From an uncultured Clostridia bacterium (GTDB lineage: Bacteria > Bacillota > Clostridia > Christensenellales > Borkfalkiaceae), in assembly GCA_947053655.1 (NCBI GenBank), contig CAMRTO010000006.1:867-64866 (forward strand): a stretch of 64,000 nt of DNA, read 5' to 3'. A program made the translations under genes and the position numbers. This document shows, one piece after another, positions 19,519-27,895 of this stretch; position 1 is the stretch's first letter; the number at the start of each line of letters is the position of its first letter. Under the pieces are notes generated by a model. That model did not search any database and was not told where the DNA came from. It saw nothing but the letters and a program-made list of their open reading frames with translations.

Positions 19519-19809
19519 TTACGATAACGAGTTGAAGAATTCAATCGCCTTGGAATCGGCTGTAAGCTGGACGATTGCTTTCTTGTAGTCGGGTGTGTAA
19601 CCTTCGTTTCTGCCCATGCGCTTCAACTTGCCTTTGCAGTTTACCGTGTTGACGCTGTCTACTCTTACGTTGAAAAGCTTTTCAACCGCAAGCTTTATCT
19701 GGGTTTTGTTTGCCGATTTGGCTACTATGAAAGTATACTTTTTATCGGCTATGCCGTCGTATCCCTTTTCCGTGAGGAGGGGTTTTAAAATTATATCTTC
19801 GGCTACCAT
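19519..19809 (-). CDS. rplW: 50S ribosomal protein L23
   Basis: 96 aa, ...[44 protein letters not shown]. Confidence 0.95.
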   Translation of the reverse strand: MVAEDIILKPLLTEKGYDGIADKKYTFIVAKSANKTQIKLAVEKLFNVRVDSVNTVNCKGKLKRMGRNEGYTPDYKKAIVQLTADSKAIEFFNSLS

Positions 19810-20435
19810 TATTCTCCGTAGACCTCCTCTATTTTCTTGACCGCTTCTTTGGTAAGAACGACCTTGTTGTTCGCAACCACTTCATACGCGGAAATCTGCG
19901 TTACGGGAAGCGTTCCGAAATTTTCTATGTTCTGCGCTGCGCGTATAACCTTTACGTCGTCGTTATCCATAAACACTATCGCGCTTTTGTCAAGCTTCAA
20001 GGCTTTTTGGAAAGCGACCATCTCTTTGGTCTTGCCGTCCTTAACCTCCAACTTGTCCACAACCAGAAGTTCTCCGTCCGCAACTTTTTTGGAAAGAGCC
20101 GAAACAAGCGCGGCGATTTTCGCCTTCTTGTTCATGTCTTTGGAAAAATCGCGGCTTTTGGGTGCGAACACAACGCCGCCCTTATTCCACTGGGGCGCCC
20201 TTATAGAGCCCTGACGCGCGTTGCCCGTACCCTTCTGTCTCCAAGGCTTTCTTCCGCCGCCGCGCACTTCCGTGCGGGTAAGGGTGGATTTGGTTCCCTG
20301 TCTTTCGTTTGCGAGACGGGTAACCACCGCCTGGTGTATGAGGGCTTCGTTGTATTCCGCGCCGAATACTTTTTCGCTTAAATCTATCGTGCCGGCCTCT
20401 TTGCCGTCCATCTTATAAACTTTTATATTAGGCAT
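19809..20435 (-). CDS. rplD: 50S ribosomal protein L4
   Basis: 208 aa, ...[37 protein letters not shown]. Confidence 0.96.
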   Translation of the reverse strand: MPNIKVYKMDGKEAGTIDLSEKVFGAEYNEALIHQAVVTRLANERQGTKSTLTRTEVRGGGRKPWRQKGTGNARQGSIRAPQWNKGGVVFAPKSRDFSKDMNKKAKIAALVSALSKKVADGELLVVDKLEVKDGKTKEMVAFQKALKLDKSAIVFMDNDDVKVIRAAQNIENFGTLPVTQISAYEVVANNKVVLTKEAVKKIEEVYGE

Positions 20436-20446
20436 CTTGATACTCC

Positions 20447-21076
20447 TTATTTAACGGTGTCGTTTATGGTAACGACGCTGCCGTTCGCGCCGGGAACCGA
20501 GCCCTTTACGAGAATGCAGTTTCTTTCAACGTCGACGCGCACGATTTCCAAATTCTGAACGGTGACGTTTTCAACGCCGTACTGTCCCGCGAGACGCTTA
20601 TTCTTGAAAACCCTTGAAGGCGAGCTGTTCGCGCCCATGGAGCCGGGCTCTCTGTGTACGGGGCCGACGCCGTGCGTTTCCTTCAATCTGTGCTGGTTCC
20701 ATCTTTTGATGACGCCCGTATAACCGTGACCCTTGGTCACACCGTGTACGTCCACCCTGTCGCCCGCGGCGAAAACGTCCGCCTTGATTTCTTTTCCGAC
20801 TTCGTAAGACGATAAATCGTCAAGTCTGAATTCCTTCAAGACCTTGCAGGGCTTAACGCCCGCTTTCTTGAACTGACCGAGTTCGGGCTTCGTCAGCGCT
20901 TTTTCCTTTGCCTCGTCGAAGCCGAGCTTCAAAGCGCAGTAACCGTCTTTTTCCGCAGTCTTGATTTGGACAACGGGGCAGGGACCTGCCTCTATTACGG
21001 TTACGGGAATTACTTTTCCCTCCGGCGTAAATATCTGGGTCATGCCCGCTTTACGTCCGATGATTGCTTTATTCAT
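20447..21076 (-). CDS. rplC: 50S ribosomal protein L3
   Basis: 209 aa, [33 protein letters not shown]. Confidence 0.96.
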   Translation of the reverse strand: MNKAIIGRKAGMTQIFTPEGKVIPVTVIEAGPCPVVQIKTAEKDGYCALKLGFDEAKEKALTKPELGQFKKAGVKPCKVLKEFRLDDLSSYEVGKEIKADVFAAGDRVDVHGVTKGHGYTGVIKRWNQHRLKETHGVGPVHREPGSMGANSSPSRVFKNKRLAGQYGVENVTVQNLEIVRVDVERNCILVKGSVPGANGSVVTINDTVK

Positions 21077-21200
21077 TGATAAAGTTCTCCTTTCCTTATA
21101 TTATATATTTCTCGGATACCGCGCGCCGCCGTCCCGCCGTTGCCGTCGTCTGCTTTACGTAGAGTATCCATAAATAAGCTGTTTTACTTTGCTTTAACCG

Positions 21201-21500
21201 TTAAAGCTTTATCTTGATATCCACGCCCGCGGGAAGATGAACGGTGTCCAAAAGCTTCGCGTTGGGGGTATAGATGTCTATAATTCTTTTATAAGTTCTC
21301 TGCTCGAACTGTTCGCGGCTGTCCTTGTATTTGTGGGGGCAGCGGAGAATAGTTACAATCTCCCTTTCGGTGGGAAGGGGAACGGGTCCCGAAATTTTCG
21401 CGCCGCTCTTTTTCATGGTTTCGACTATGCGCGAAGCCGCCAGGTCTACCAGTTCGTGGTCGTATGCCGCAAGTTTGATTCTTATTTTTTGTCCTGCCAT
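21201..21500 (-). CDS. rpsJ: 30S ribosomal protein S10
   Basis: 99 aa, [44 protein letters not shown]. Confidence 0.96.
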   Translation of the reverse strand: MAGQKIRIKLAAYDHELVDLAASRIVETMKKSGAKISGPVPLPTEREIVTILRCPHKYKDSREQFEQRTYKRIIDIYTPNAKLLDTVHLPAGVDIKIKL

Positions 21501-21514
21501 TTGTGTCGCTCCTT

Positions 21515-21543
21515 TTTATACTAACATTTTTCCGACGTGTCAA
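21515..21543 (-). promoter_or_regulatory. candidate proximal promoter of the S10 operon (TTGACA-17-TATAAA)
   Basis: On the minus strand, TTGACA (21538-21543) and TATAAA (21515-21520) have a 17-nt spacer. Caveat: the -10 directly abuts the AAGGAG SD, so the start site would fall within or after the SD. Confidence 0.35.
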
Positions 21544-21743
21544 CTTATCCGTGTGTATCGCGCTTTTTGAAATTAAAAAACACCGTTTTAAGGGCGTTTA
21601 AAAGGTAAAGCCGCGGTTAGTCGCAGAAGTCTTGCTTCTACATTTGTCGGCGCAAATTATCTGTCGCTTCCGGCTTGAAAATCGGGCGTTTTACAGTAAC
21701 TTTACGCTTCATCCCATACGCACATTATTTTACACGCTTGACT

Positions 21744-21772
21744 ATTATATTAAATAATGCAACAAAAGTCAA
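21744..21772 (-). promoter_or_regulatory. distal promoter of the S10 operon (TTGACT-17-TATAAT)
   Basis: On the minus strand, exact TTGACT (21767-21772) and TATAAT (21744-21749) have a 17-nt spacer. This predicts a leader of about 235 nt before the rpsJ ATG. Confidence 0.55.
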
Positions 21773-21842
21773 CGGATTTTTATTACTTTTTTTCATAAAT
21801 TCGCATATTTTTTATATCCGCGGTTTAACGGAAATAATAACG

Positions 21843-21870
21843 CCGCCGCGCGTAAATTTACGCGCGGCGG
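21843..21870 (-). terminator. rho-independent terminator after the 54-aa ORF
   Basis: CCGCCGCGCG-TAAATTTA-CGCGCGGCGG, a 10-bp GC stem immediately after the stop at 21877, followed by a T-rich tract on the minus strand. Confidence 0.6.
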
Positions 21871-21876
21871 CAATTT

Positions 21877-22041
21877 TCAAACCATTTCGTTTTTTTCTTT
21901 TAATAACTGAATGTGTTTTACTATGTCTTCAACCGTCCTCGAAGGGGTTTTTAAAACTTCCTCAACTTTTTCAAGTTCCTTTTCGATTCTGGCAAGGTAG
22001 ATTACCTTGTCTATATAGTTTTGATCAAGCGAAATTTTCAT
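21877..22041 (-). CDS. small hypothetical protein, 54 aa, predicted helical
   Basis: Found by hand. GGAGGA SD 7 nt before the ATG at 22041. MKISLDQNYIDKVIYLARIEKELEKVEEVLKTPSRTVEDIVKHIQLLKEKNEMV, with a terminator directly downstream. Confidence 0.45.
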   Translation of the reverse strand: MKISLDQNYIDKVIYLARIEKELEKVEEVLKTPSRTVEDIVKHIQLLKEKNEMV

Positions 22042-22166
22042 GTGTTTTCCTCCGAAACCTTTGTATAGTTAAAGTTTAACACATAATTTTTCAAAAAACA
22101 AAAAATTTCGCCACAAAAACCGTCGGTCCTCAAAAGTAGTGTAATTTCGTCAAAATACGACCGTTT

Positions 22167-23114
22167 TTAATAGTAGGTTGCGACAATTTCTGCAGGCGGC
22201 TCCGCAATTTCGAGCTTTTCCGCTATTAAAACGGGTCCCTTCGCGCGATATGCGGCGTTATATTCGTATACGATTTTTGCGGTTACGGTAAGCCAGTCGC
22301 GCGTTTTTATATCCTTTAAAAGTCCGCAGGTCTTGACCGCAAAACCGTCGTACGCAATATCCGCCTCGCAGCAGGTCATAATGTGCCTGCCCAGAATAAC
22401 ACAGCCCGACGGCGTCTTTTTGGAAACGGCCGCCATGCCCTTGTACTTTACGGTTTTTCCTATATAGCTTTGAGTGTTTTCCGCCATGTCGCGGTAGAAC
22501 CAGGCGAAATCCCTGTCCTCAATTTCTATTACGGGCGCGTCGACGTCGAAAGGCATAGGGTCCTCAATTTCGTCGAACTCCGGTTTTCCGCCCTGATACT
22601 CGTAAACGATATCGGGGCGGCGGGAAACACCGCGCACTGTTTTATGGAACTGCATTTTATCGTATTCGCCCTTAAAGCGGTTGAATACGACCATCTGCGT
22701 CATTTGTATCTTATCGAAAACAAGCTGACGCATATTAGTATTATAATTAAGGAAAGTATTGCTGTCGAAAAAGGTCATCATCTGGTTAATGACCCAGCTT
22801 TCGGGCATGGCGTCGAAAAACTGCTGTAACAGCCAGGTGCCGTTATACTCGACGATAACGCGCTGCGCCTTATGCTTTGCGGTTAAAGATTCCAGCGTCT
22901 GCACGGTAAGCTCGCTTGCGTTTTCCAAAGTAACCACAACCACGTTGTTTACCTGAAACTTGTCCGGCTCGTATTCCTCCACGCCCTCCTCGCAGACGAG
23001 AAGCATAGTCCGCTCCCCGTTTTCCATGCGGGGGTCTTCCAGCGTTTCCTGTATGAATTTGGTTTTACCCGATTCCAGAAAGCCCAGAAACAGGTATACG
23101 GATACGTCCTGCAT
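22167..23114 (-). CDS. CobW-like P-loop GTPase lacking CxCC, fused to a DUF1980-C-like domain (CCxxD motif)
   Basis: MQDVSVYLFLGFLESGKTKF has the P-loop GxxxxGKT. The position of the COG0523 CxCC motif reads LLVCEEG. The C-terminus ILGRHIMTCCEADIAYDG matches the R..m.CCaaD signature of DUF1980/TIGR03943 C-terminal domains. ATG at 23114 lies 1 nt after the upstream stop. Confidence 0.75.
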   Translation of the reverse strand: MQDVSVYLFLGFLESGKTKFIQETLEDPRMENGERTMLLVCEEGVEEYEPDKFQVNNVVVVTLENASELTVQTLESLTAKHKAQRVIVEYNGTWLLQQFFDAMPESWVINQMMTFFDSNTFLNYNTNMRQLVFDKIQMTQMVVFNRFKGEYDKMQFHKTVRGVSRRPDIVYEYQGGKPEFDEIEDPMPFDVDAPVIEIEDRDFAWFYRDMAENTQSYIGKTVKYKGMAAVSKKTPSGCVILGRHIMTCCEADIAYDGFAVKTCGLLKDIKTRDWLTVTAKIVYEYNAAYRAKGPVLIAEKLEIAEPPAEIVATYY

Positions 23115-23115
23115 T

Positions 23116-24261
23116 TTATACCCCGAAGTGTTTTTCAAGCGCGCCGCCGTCTATACCGGCGCCTATAACACACAGTCTGCCGGTAACAGCCGCCGCGCCC
23201 GTACGCACGTTGACCTCGCCCGGGATATAGTCGAAATGAATCCATTCCGCTCCGTTGCCCGCAACAATTCCCTTTGCACGGAGTACTTCGCCGAAACGCG
23301 CCGCATCGGAAAGAGAGGAAAGAAGTTTTTCCAACTCCGCCTTGTCGAATTTTTTGCTTGTTTCAACGCCCCAGCTTGTAAACACTTCGTCGGCGTGATG
23401 GTGTTCGTGGTCATGGTGATGACCGTGACAGCACTCGTGCTCGTCTTCGTGGTGGTGGTGTCCGTGACAGCACTCGTGTTCTTCTTCGTGATGGTGGTGT
23501 CCGTGACAGCACTCGTGTTCTTCTTCGTGATGGTGGTGTCCGTGACAGCACTCGTGCTCGTCTTCATGGTGGTGGTGTCCGTGACAGCATTCGTGCTCTT
23601 CATGGTGGTGATGTCCGTGACAGCACTCGTGTTCTTCTTTTAAATCCGTAAGCTCGGTTTCAAGCGTAGTAGCATGCTCCATTGCGGCGAGAATCTCTTT
23701 ACCGTCAAGCTGTTGCCAATCCGTGGTGACGAAGGTCGCCTTGCCGTTATGCCCGCGCACGAGCTTTACTGCCGCTTCAAGCTTGTCCGCGTCGGTTACG
23801 TCGGCATGACTGAAAATTATGCATGCCGCGGTTTCTATCTGGTCGTTGAAAAATTCGCCGAAGTTTTTCATGTACATTTTGCACTTGGACGCATCGACCA
23901 CGGCGGTGTAAGCGTTTATTTTACAGTTGTCGAGCCCCGCGCTTTTGACCGCGCTTATTACGTCCGAAAGCTTGCCCACGCCAGAGGGCTCTATCAAAAT
24001 TCTGTCGGGGCGGTATTCCGCGTAAACTTTTTTAAGCGCTTTTGCGAAGTCGCCTACAAGCGAACAGCATATACAGCCCGAATTAAGCTCGTTCACCTTT
24101 ATGCCCGCGTCCTGCATAAAGCCGCCGTCGACGCCTATTTCGCCGAATTCGTTTTCGATAAGCACAAGCTTTTCGCCCGCATAAGCTTCCTTGATAAGCT
24201 TTTTAATAAGCGTGGTTTTGCCCGCGCCCAAAAATCCCGAAAAAATATCTATCTTTGTCAT
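23116..24261 (-). CDS. COG0523 (CobW/YjiA/ZigA-type) G3E metallochaperone GTPase with a His/Cys-rich repeat insert
   Basis: 381 aa. MTKIDIFSGFLGAGKTTL (P-loop), NSGCICCSLVGDF (CxCC), six tandem HECCHGHHHH units, then a CobW_C-like end RAKGIV...IHFDYIPGE. Confidence 0.9.
   Translation of the reverse strand: MTKIDIFSGFLGAGKTTLIKKLIKEAYAGEKLVLIENEFGEIGVDGGFMQDAGIKVNELNSGCICCSLVGDFAKALKKVYAEYRPDRILIEPSGVGKLSDVISAVKSAGLDNCKINAYTAVVDASKCKMYMKNFGEFFNDQIETAACIIFSHADVTDADKLEAAVKLVRGHNGKATFVTTDWQQLDGKEILAAMEHATTLETELTDLKEEHECCHGHHHHEEHECCHGHHHHEDEHECCHGHHHHEEEHECCHGHHHHEEEHECCHGHHHHEDEHECCHGHHHDHEHHHADEVFTSWGVETSKKFDKAELEKLLSSLSDAARFGEVLRAKGIVAGNGAEWIHFDYIPGEVNVRTGAAAVTGRLCVIGAGIDGGALEKHFGV
23396..23640. 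repeat. coding tandem repeat (36-39-bp units, 6 copies) encoding E(E/D)EHECCHGHHHH
   Basis: The repeated DNA unit GTGTCCGTGACAGCACTCGTG.TC.TCTTCGTG.TGGTG is visible on the plus strand. Confidence 0.8.
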
Positions 24262-24317
24262 AACACACTCCTTAAAATATTTTATAAACTTAAATAAAGA
24301 ATATCAAACTTTTAATA

Positions 24318-24344
24318 CGAAAACGCCCGCGCGACGCGCGGGCG
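24318..24344 (-). terminator. rho-independent terminator after the DUF2188 gene
   Basis: On the minus strand, a CGCCCGCG-...-CGCGGGCG GC-rich hairpin is followed by TTTTCG. Confidence 0.6.
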
Positions 24345-24356
24345 CAATGCTTTATT

Positions 24357-25391
24357 TTACTTTCTGCTGCCGTAATTAAGACTTCTGAAAGAGCCGTCCA
24401 TCTTATGCACTACAACGCGCGCGGGCTGGTTGTCGGCTATAGCCTTGGCGTAATCGATTGCTTCCTGCTGGGTATAGAAAAGCTTGATTGCCTTTGCGCC
24501 GCCCTCAGCCTTTATCTGCCACTTTCCGTCGTCCTTGCGTTTGGAAATATGGTAAACCTTTTTATCGCTGTCGTCGTTTTTATTTGAAACGGCGGGTTTT
24601 TCTTCCTTTTTGGGCGCGGGCTTTGCCGCAGGTTTTGCGGTCTTGCTTTCCGCCGCTTTTGCCGCGGGCTTCGTCTCTTTTTTGGCAGTCGTTTTTGCCG
24701 CGGGCTTTTCTTCCTTTTTGGGCGCGGGCTTTGCCGCGGGTTTTGCGGTCTTGCTCTCCGCCGCTTTTGCCGCGGGCTTCGTCTCTTTTTTTGCAGTCGT
24801 TTTAGCCGCGGGCTTTTCTTCTTTCTTTTCCGCGGGTTTTGCAGACGTCGCCTTTGCCGCTTTTTCTTCCTTAGCCGCTACAAGCTTTGCGGTAGACACT
24901 CTCTTTGCCGCAGGCTTTTCTTCCTTCTTTTCGGTTGCGGGTTTTTTCGCAGGTTGCTTCGCCGCGGGCTTTGTTTCCTTTTTGGCGGCGGGCTTTTTCG
25001 CAGGCTGTTTCGCCGCGGGTTTTGCGGGCTTTTTCTCCTGCGTTTCTTCTACGGGAACTTCTTCAACCACCACTTCTTCCACGACTTGTTTTACGGTAAC
25101 TTCTTCAAGTCCGTCGTCCTCCGCGGGCGCGGGGTCTGCGGGATTGTAAGTGTAAGTTTCGTAAGGCTCTGCCGCGACGTAACATTCCTCCGTTACGGCG
25201 GTCTGCTCGGGGACGGAAACTGCTTCTTCTTCACGAGGCGCGGGCGAAGATTTTTCGCCTTTGCGCTTACTGTTCTTACCTACCACCGCGATAATAATAA
25301 TTAAGATTGCCAATACGACCAGAACCAACGCTATGGCAAGCCAAGCCCAGTTCGGCAAAAATAAAGGAGAATTTTGCAACCATTCCAACAT
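24357..25391 (-). CDS. membrane-anchored Lys/Ala/Pro-rich repeat protein with a C-terminal DUF2188 domain
   Basis: 344 aa. N-terminal TM WAWLAIALVLVVLAILIIIIAVV, acidic linker, KPAAK/AKKETKPAAK repeats, and a C-terminus KKVYHISKRKDDGKWQIKAEGGAKAIKLFYTQQEAIDYAKAIADNQPARVVVHKMDGSF that is DUF2188-like. Confidence 0.75.
   Translation of the reverse strand: MLEWLQNSPLFLPNWAWLAIALVLVVLAILIIIIAVVGKNSKRKGEKSSPAPREEEAVSVPEQTAVTEECYVAAEPYETYTYNPADPAPAEDDGLEEVTVKQVVEEVVVEEVPVEETQEKKPAKPAAKQPAKKPAAKKETKPAAKQPAKKPATEKKEEKPAAKRVSTAKLVAAKEEKAAKATSAKPAEKKEEKPAAKTTAKKETKPAAKAAESKTAKPAAKPAPKKEEKPAAKTTAKKETKPAAKAAESKTAKPAAKPAPKKEEKPAVSNKNDDSDKKVYHISKRKDDGKWQIKAEGGAKAIKLFYTQQEAIDYAKAIADNQPARVVVHKMDGSFRSLNYGSRK
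24613..24828. repeat. 2 x 108-bp near-identical tandem coding repeat (36-aa unit)
   Basis: 24613-24720 matches 24721-24828 with few mismatches. The unit encodes KPAAKTTAKKETKPAAKAAESKTAKPAAKPAPKKEE. Confidence 0.75.
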
Positions 25392-25555
25392 AATGCATTA
25401 CCTCTGTGAATACTTTATTAAATTGTATAACAAAATTTTTTCAAAATCAAGTAAATTCATTAACAAATATGGCGCTTAAAGCGCATTTGACGCATGTTTT
25501 TACTTTAATCCGCCGTAACGCGTTAAAAACACGTAAAACGCCGCATATGCGTCCG

Positions 25556-26290
25556 TCAGCGCCGCAAATCCGCTTTTCCGCTTTTTCCCGCGGCGACGTC
25601 TTTTACCACCTCACCGGCTATTATAAAACCCGCGACGGGGGGAACGAAAGAATTGCTGGCGGGCACGGTTTTACCTTCTCCGTTTTCCGCGGCGGCGGCG
25701 CCCTGCGGAAGCTCTTTGGAATACACCGTTTTCAATTTTTCCACGCCGCGTTTTTTCAGTTCCCTGCGCATCACTCTCGCCAGCGGACAGACCGAAGTGG
25801 AGTAAATATCCGCCACCCCGAACGCCGTGGCGTCCAGCTTATTGCCTGTGCCCATGCAACTTATGGCGGGAACGCCGTTCTTCTGCGCGTTGACTGCTAT
25901 CGCAATTTTGCCGGACACCGTGTCTATGGCGTCGACGACGTAGTCGAACGCGGAAAAATCCAACTCGTCGGAATTTTTTTCCGTATAAAATATCATATGC
26001 GTTTTGACGTCGCATTTGGGATTGATTTGTAAAACACGTTCCGCCGCGACCTCTGTTTTAGCCCGTCCGACAGTGCTTTGCAACGCAAAAATCTGACGGT
26101 TTATATTCGTTTCGTCAACGACGTCGCCATCTATTAAATCAAGCGCGCCGATACCCGCGCGCGCAAGCGCTTCCGCCACATAGCCGCCGACGCCGCCCAA
26201 CCCAAATATCGCCACGTGCGCGGCGCCGAGTCTGCGCATCGCTTCTGCGCCGAACAGCGCTTCCGTTCTTGAAAATGATTTTTCGGTCAT
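25556..26290 (-). CDS. tcdA: tRNA threonylcarbamoyladenosine dehydratase (ThiF/E1-like)
   Basis: 244 aa, VAIFGLGGVGGYVAEALARAGIGALDLIDGDVVDETNINRQ and ...STSVCPLARVMRRELKKRG. Confidence 0.85.
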   Translation of the reverse strand: MTEKSFSRTEALFGAEAMRRLGAAHVAIFGLGGVGGYVAEALARAGIGALDLIDGDVVDETNINRQIFALQSTVGRAKTEVAAERVLQINPKCDVKTHMIFYTEKNSDELDFSAFDYVVDAIDTVSGKIAIAVNAQKNGVPAISCMGTGNKLDATAFGVADIYSTSVCPLARVMRRELKKRGVEKLKTVYSKELPQGAAAAENGEGKTVPASNSFVPPVAGFIIAGEVVKDVAAGKSGKADLRR

Positions 26291-26365
26291 GCTTAAAATA
26301 TAGCAGTTACGGCTTTTAAAGTCAACACTTTACGCCGTTTACCGTCAAGCGCGTTTAAGCAAAGT

Positions 26366-26403
26366 AACCGCGGCGCGGACAATACATTGTCCGCGCCGCG
26401 GTT
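26366..26403 (-). terminator. long-stem hairpin terminator after potD
   Basis: AACCGCGGCGCGGACAAT / ATTGTCCGCGCCGCGGTT, about 18-bp stem, 25 nt after the stop at 26429. Confidence 0.6.
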
Positions 26404-26428
26404 GTTTTATTTGCATAAAGCAAGCAAT

Positions 26429-27895
26429 TTATTTTTCCACTTTTTCGTATCCCTTTTTGGGTTTATACTTACCGAAAATTCTGTATCTGAAAACGTAAAG
26501 CAAAATGCCTGTGACGGCAACGGCGGCAACGGCGGCTGTTACGCCTATCGCGACGGGAGAAATATCCTTTAAATCCTGACAGCGCACGCTTATCCACATT
26601 GCGTTGATGTCCGAAAGCTTGTCGCCGAAATCCATCATAATTACGCTTCTGTCAATTACGTTCTGCGGGGGGTACTGCGCGAAAAGCTGTCTGCCGCGGT
26701 TTATATTTGTACCGTCGAAGCCGAAGTCCGCTTTATCCGCGATTATTTTGCAATCCCCGCCGAAAAAATAACTTACGTCGTATTCCAACGTTTCCTCCGC
26801 CCCGTCGGAGGCGTAGCTGTCGTTTATATATTCGTACACCTCGTCGCCCGCTATCGCCGAAGTGTAACCGATATACTCCATATTCCTGACGGCGTTATCC
26901 GGACGGGACAGGAAGTTTACGAACGCTTCCGCCGCGACACGCCTTTGTCCGTTTCCGTTTATGCCGCGTTTTAACATAAGCCAGCCGTCGAACCAGAGAT
27001 TGGCGCACTCGTCGGGGACGGAATACCAAAGAGTTTTACCGTCGTTTTCCGCTTCGTCCATGATATAAACGGCGTCGCCCGACCACTGGTAATTTGCTAT
27101 AACCTTGCCCGTCACCATATCCGATTTGCCCGCGTCCGTTTCAAAGGAGTAAACGTTGTCCTTTATTTTCTTTAAAACGCGCTCCGCTTCTTCTATTGTC
27201 CGCGCGTCCACGTCGTTTAAAAGCGCGCTTCTTTCCGCGGAGGTTATTTCTCCGACCAGCTTATCGCTGTTGATTATGCCGAGAGTCGCAAAATACGCGT
27301 CGCGCACGTTGTCCTTTATTGTGACCTGCCTTTTATAGGCTTCATTCAAAAGTATTTTCCAGGTGGAAACGTCCTTCGTATTTTTTAACTTATCGGAATT
27401 GTAAACCAGCCCTGTCGTACCCCACATGTAGCATGCGGCCTTTTTGTCCCAGCCGTTTGCTTTGAAAATTCCGTCTATATAGGGCGAAACGTTGTTTACG
27501 TAATAATTATGCTCCGCCGCACTGTCGAGAAATTCTGCTGAATAGTCCAGGCACTCGTCCTCGGCAATAAGCTTCATAATCATGTAATCGGACGGACAAA
27601 CAAGGTCGTAAACGTCGCCCAGACTTAAACTGTTGTACAAATCCTCGTTGGTGCCGAAGGTGGAATACTCTACTTTCACTTTATAGTCGTGCGAGGAATT
27701 GAACCACTCCGTAAAGTCGTCGACCATGGGATTTATCCCTTCTTCCCTGTTGCCCTCGTCGATATATTCTTCCCAGCTACACACGCGCAGGGTGATTGCG
27801 GAGTCGCTTTTTTTACAGCCCGCAAAGCCGACAAGACATGAAAAAACGGTTGCCGCCGCCGCAAACGCGGCGAAAAATCTTTTAACGCGACTCAT
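26429..27895 (-). CDS. potD: spermidine/putrescine-type ABC substrate-binding lipoprotein with an extra C-terminal TM anchor
   Basis: 488 aa. Lipobox LVGFAGC, PotD-like body, C-terminal hydrophobic helix VAIGVTAAVAAVAVTGILLYVF plus a basic tail. Last gene of the potABCD order. Confidence 0.8.
   Translation of the reverse strand: MSRVKRFFAAFAAAATVFSCLVGFAGCKKSDSAITLRVCSWEEYIDEGNREEGINPMVDDFTEWFNSSHDYKVKVEYSTFGTNEDLYNSLSLGDVYDLVCPSDYMIMKLIAEDECLDYSAEFLDSAAEHNYYVNNVSPYIDGIFKANGWDKKAACYMWGTTGLVYNSDKLKNTKDVSTWKILLNEAYKRQVTIKDNVRDAYFATLGIINSDKLVGEITSAERSALLNDVDARTIEEAERVLKKIKDNVYSFETDAGKSDMVTGKVIANYQWSGDAVYIMDEAENDGKTLWYSVPDECANLWFDGWLMLKRGINGNGQRRVAAEAFVNFLSRPDNAVRNMEYIGYTSAIAGDEVYEYINDSYASDGAEETLEYDVSYFFGGDCKIIADKADFGFDGTNINRGRQLFAQYPPQNVIDRSVIMMDFGDKLSDINAMWISVRCQDLKDISPVAIGVTAAVAAVAVTGILLYVFRYRIFGKYKPKKGYEKVEK

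Noticed and set aside
17235-19527. Long plus-strand ORFs (17235..17954, 239 aa; 18778..19527, 249 aa) and many similar ones across 5000-21500
   Set aside because: They are shadow ORFs antisense to unmistakable ribosomal protein genes. Their Arg/Gly/Phe-rich translations are typical of antisense frames.
22960-23643. 227-aa plus ORF and 146-aa minus ORF (23163..23603) with VTAL/TTT repeats
   Set aside because: They are alternative-frame or antisense readings of the HECCHGHHHH repeat inside the COG0523 gene.
24279-24307. TTGATA-17-TAAAAT promoter-like site upstream of the COG0523 pair, and a possible Zur box
   Set aside because: The -10 lies only about 6 nt from the SD, so the start site would fall inside it. 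No palindrome resembling TCGTAAT-N-ATTACGA is present. It was too weak to list as a feature.
24610-25149. 179-aa plus-strand ORF with FAAGF repeats
   Set aside because: It is the antisense reading of the KPAAK repeat gene. The minus frame has a TM, a DUF2188 domain, an SD and a terminator.
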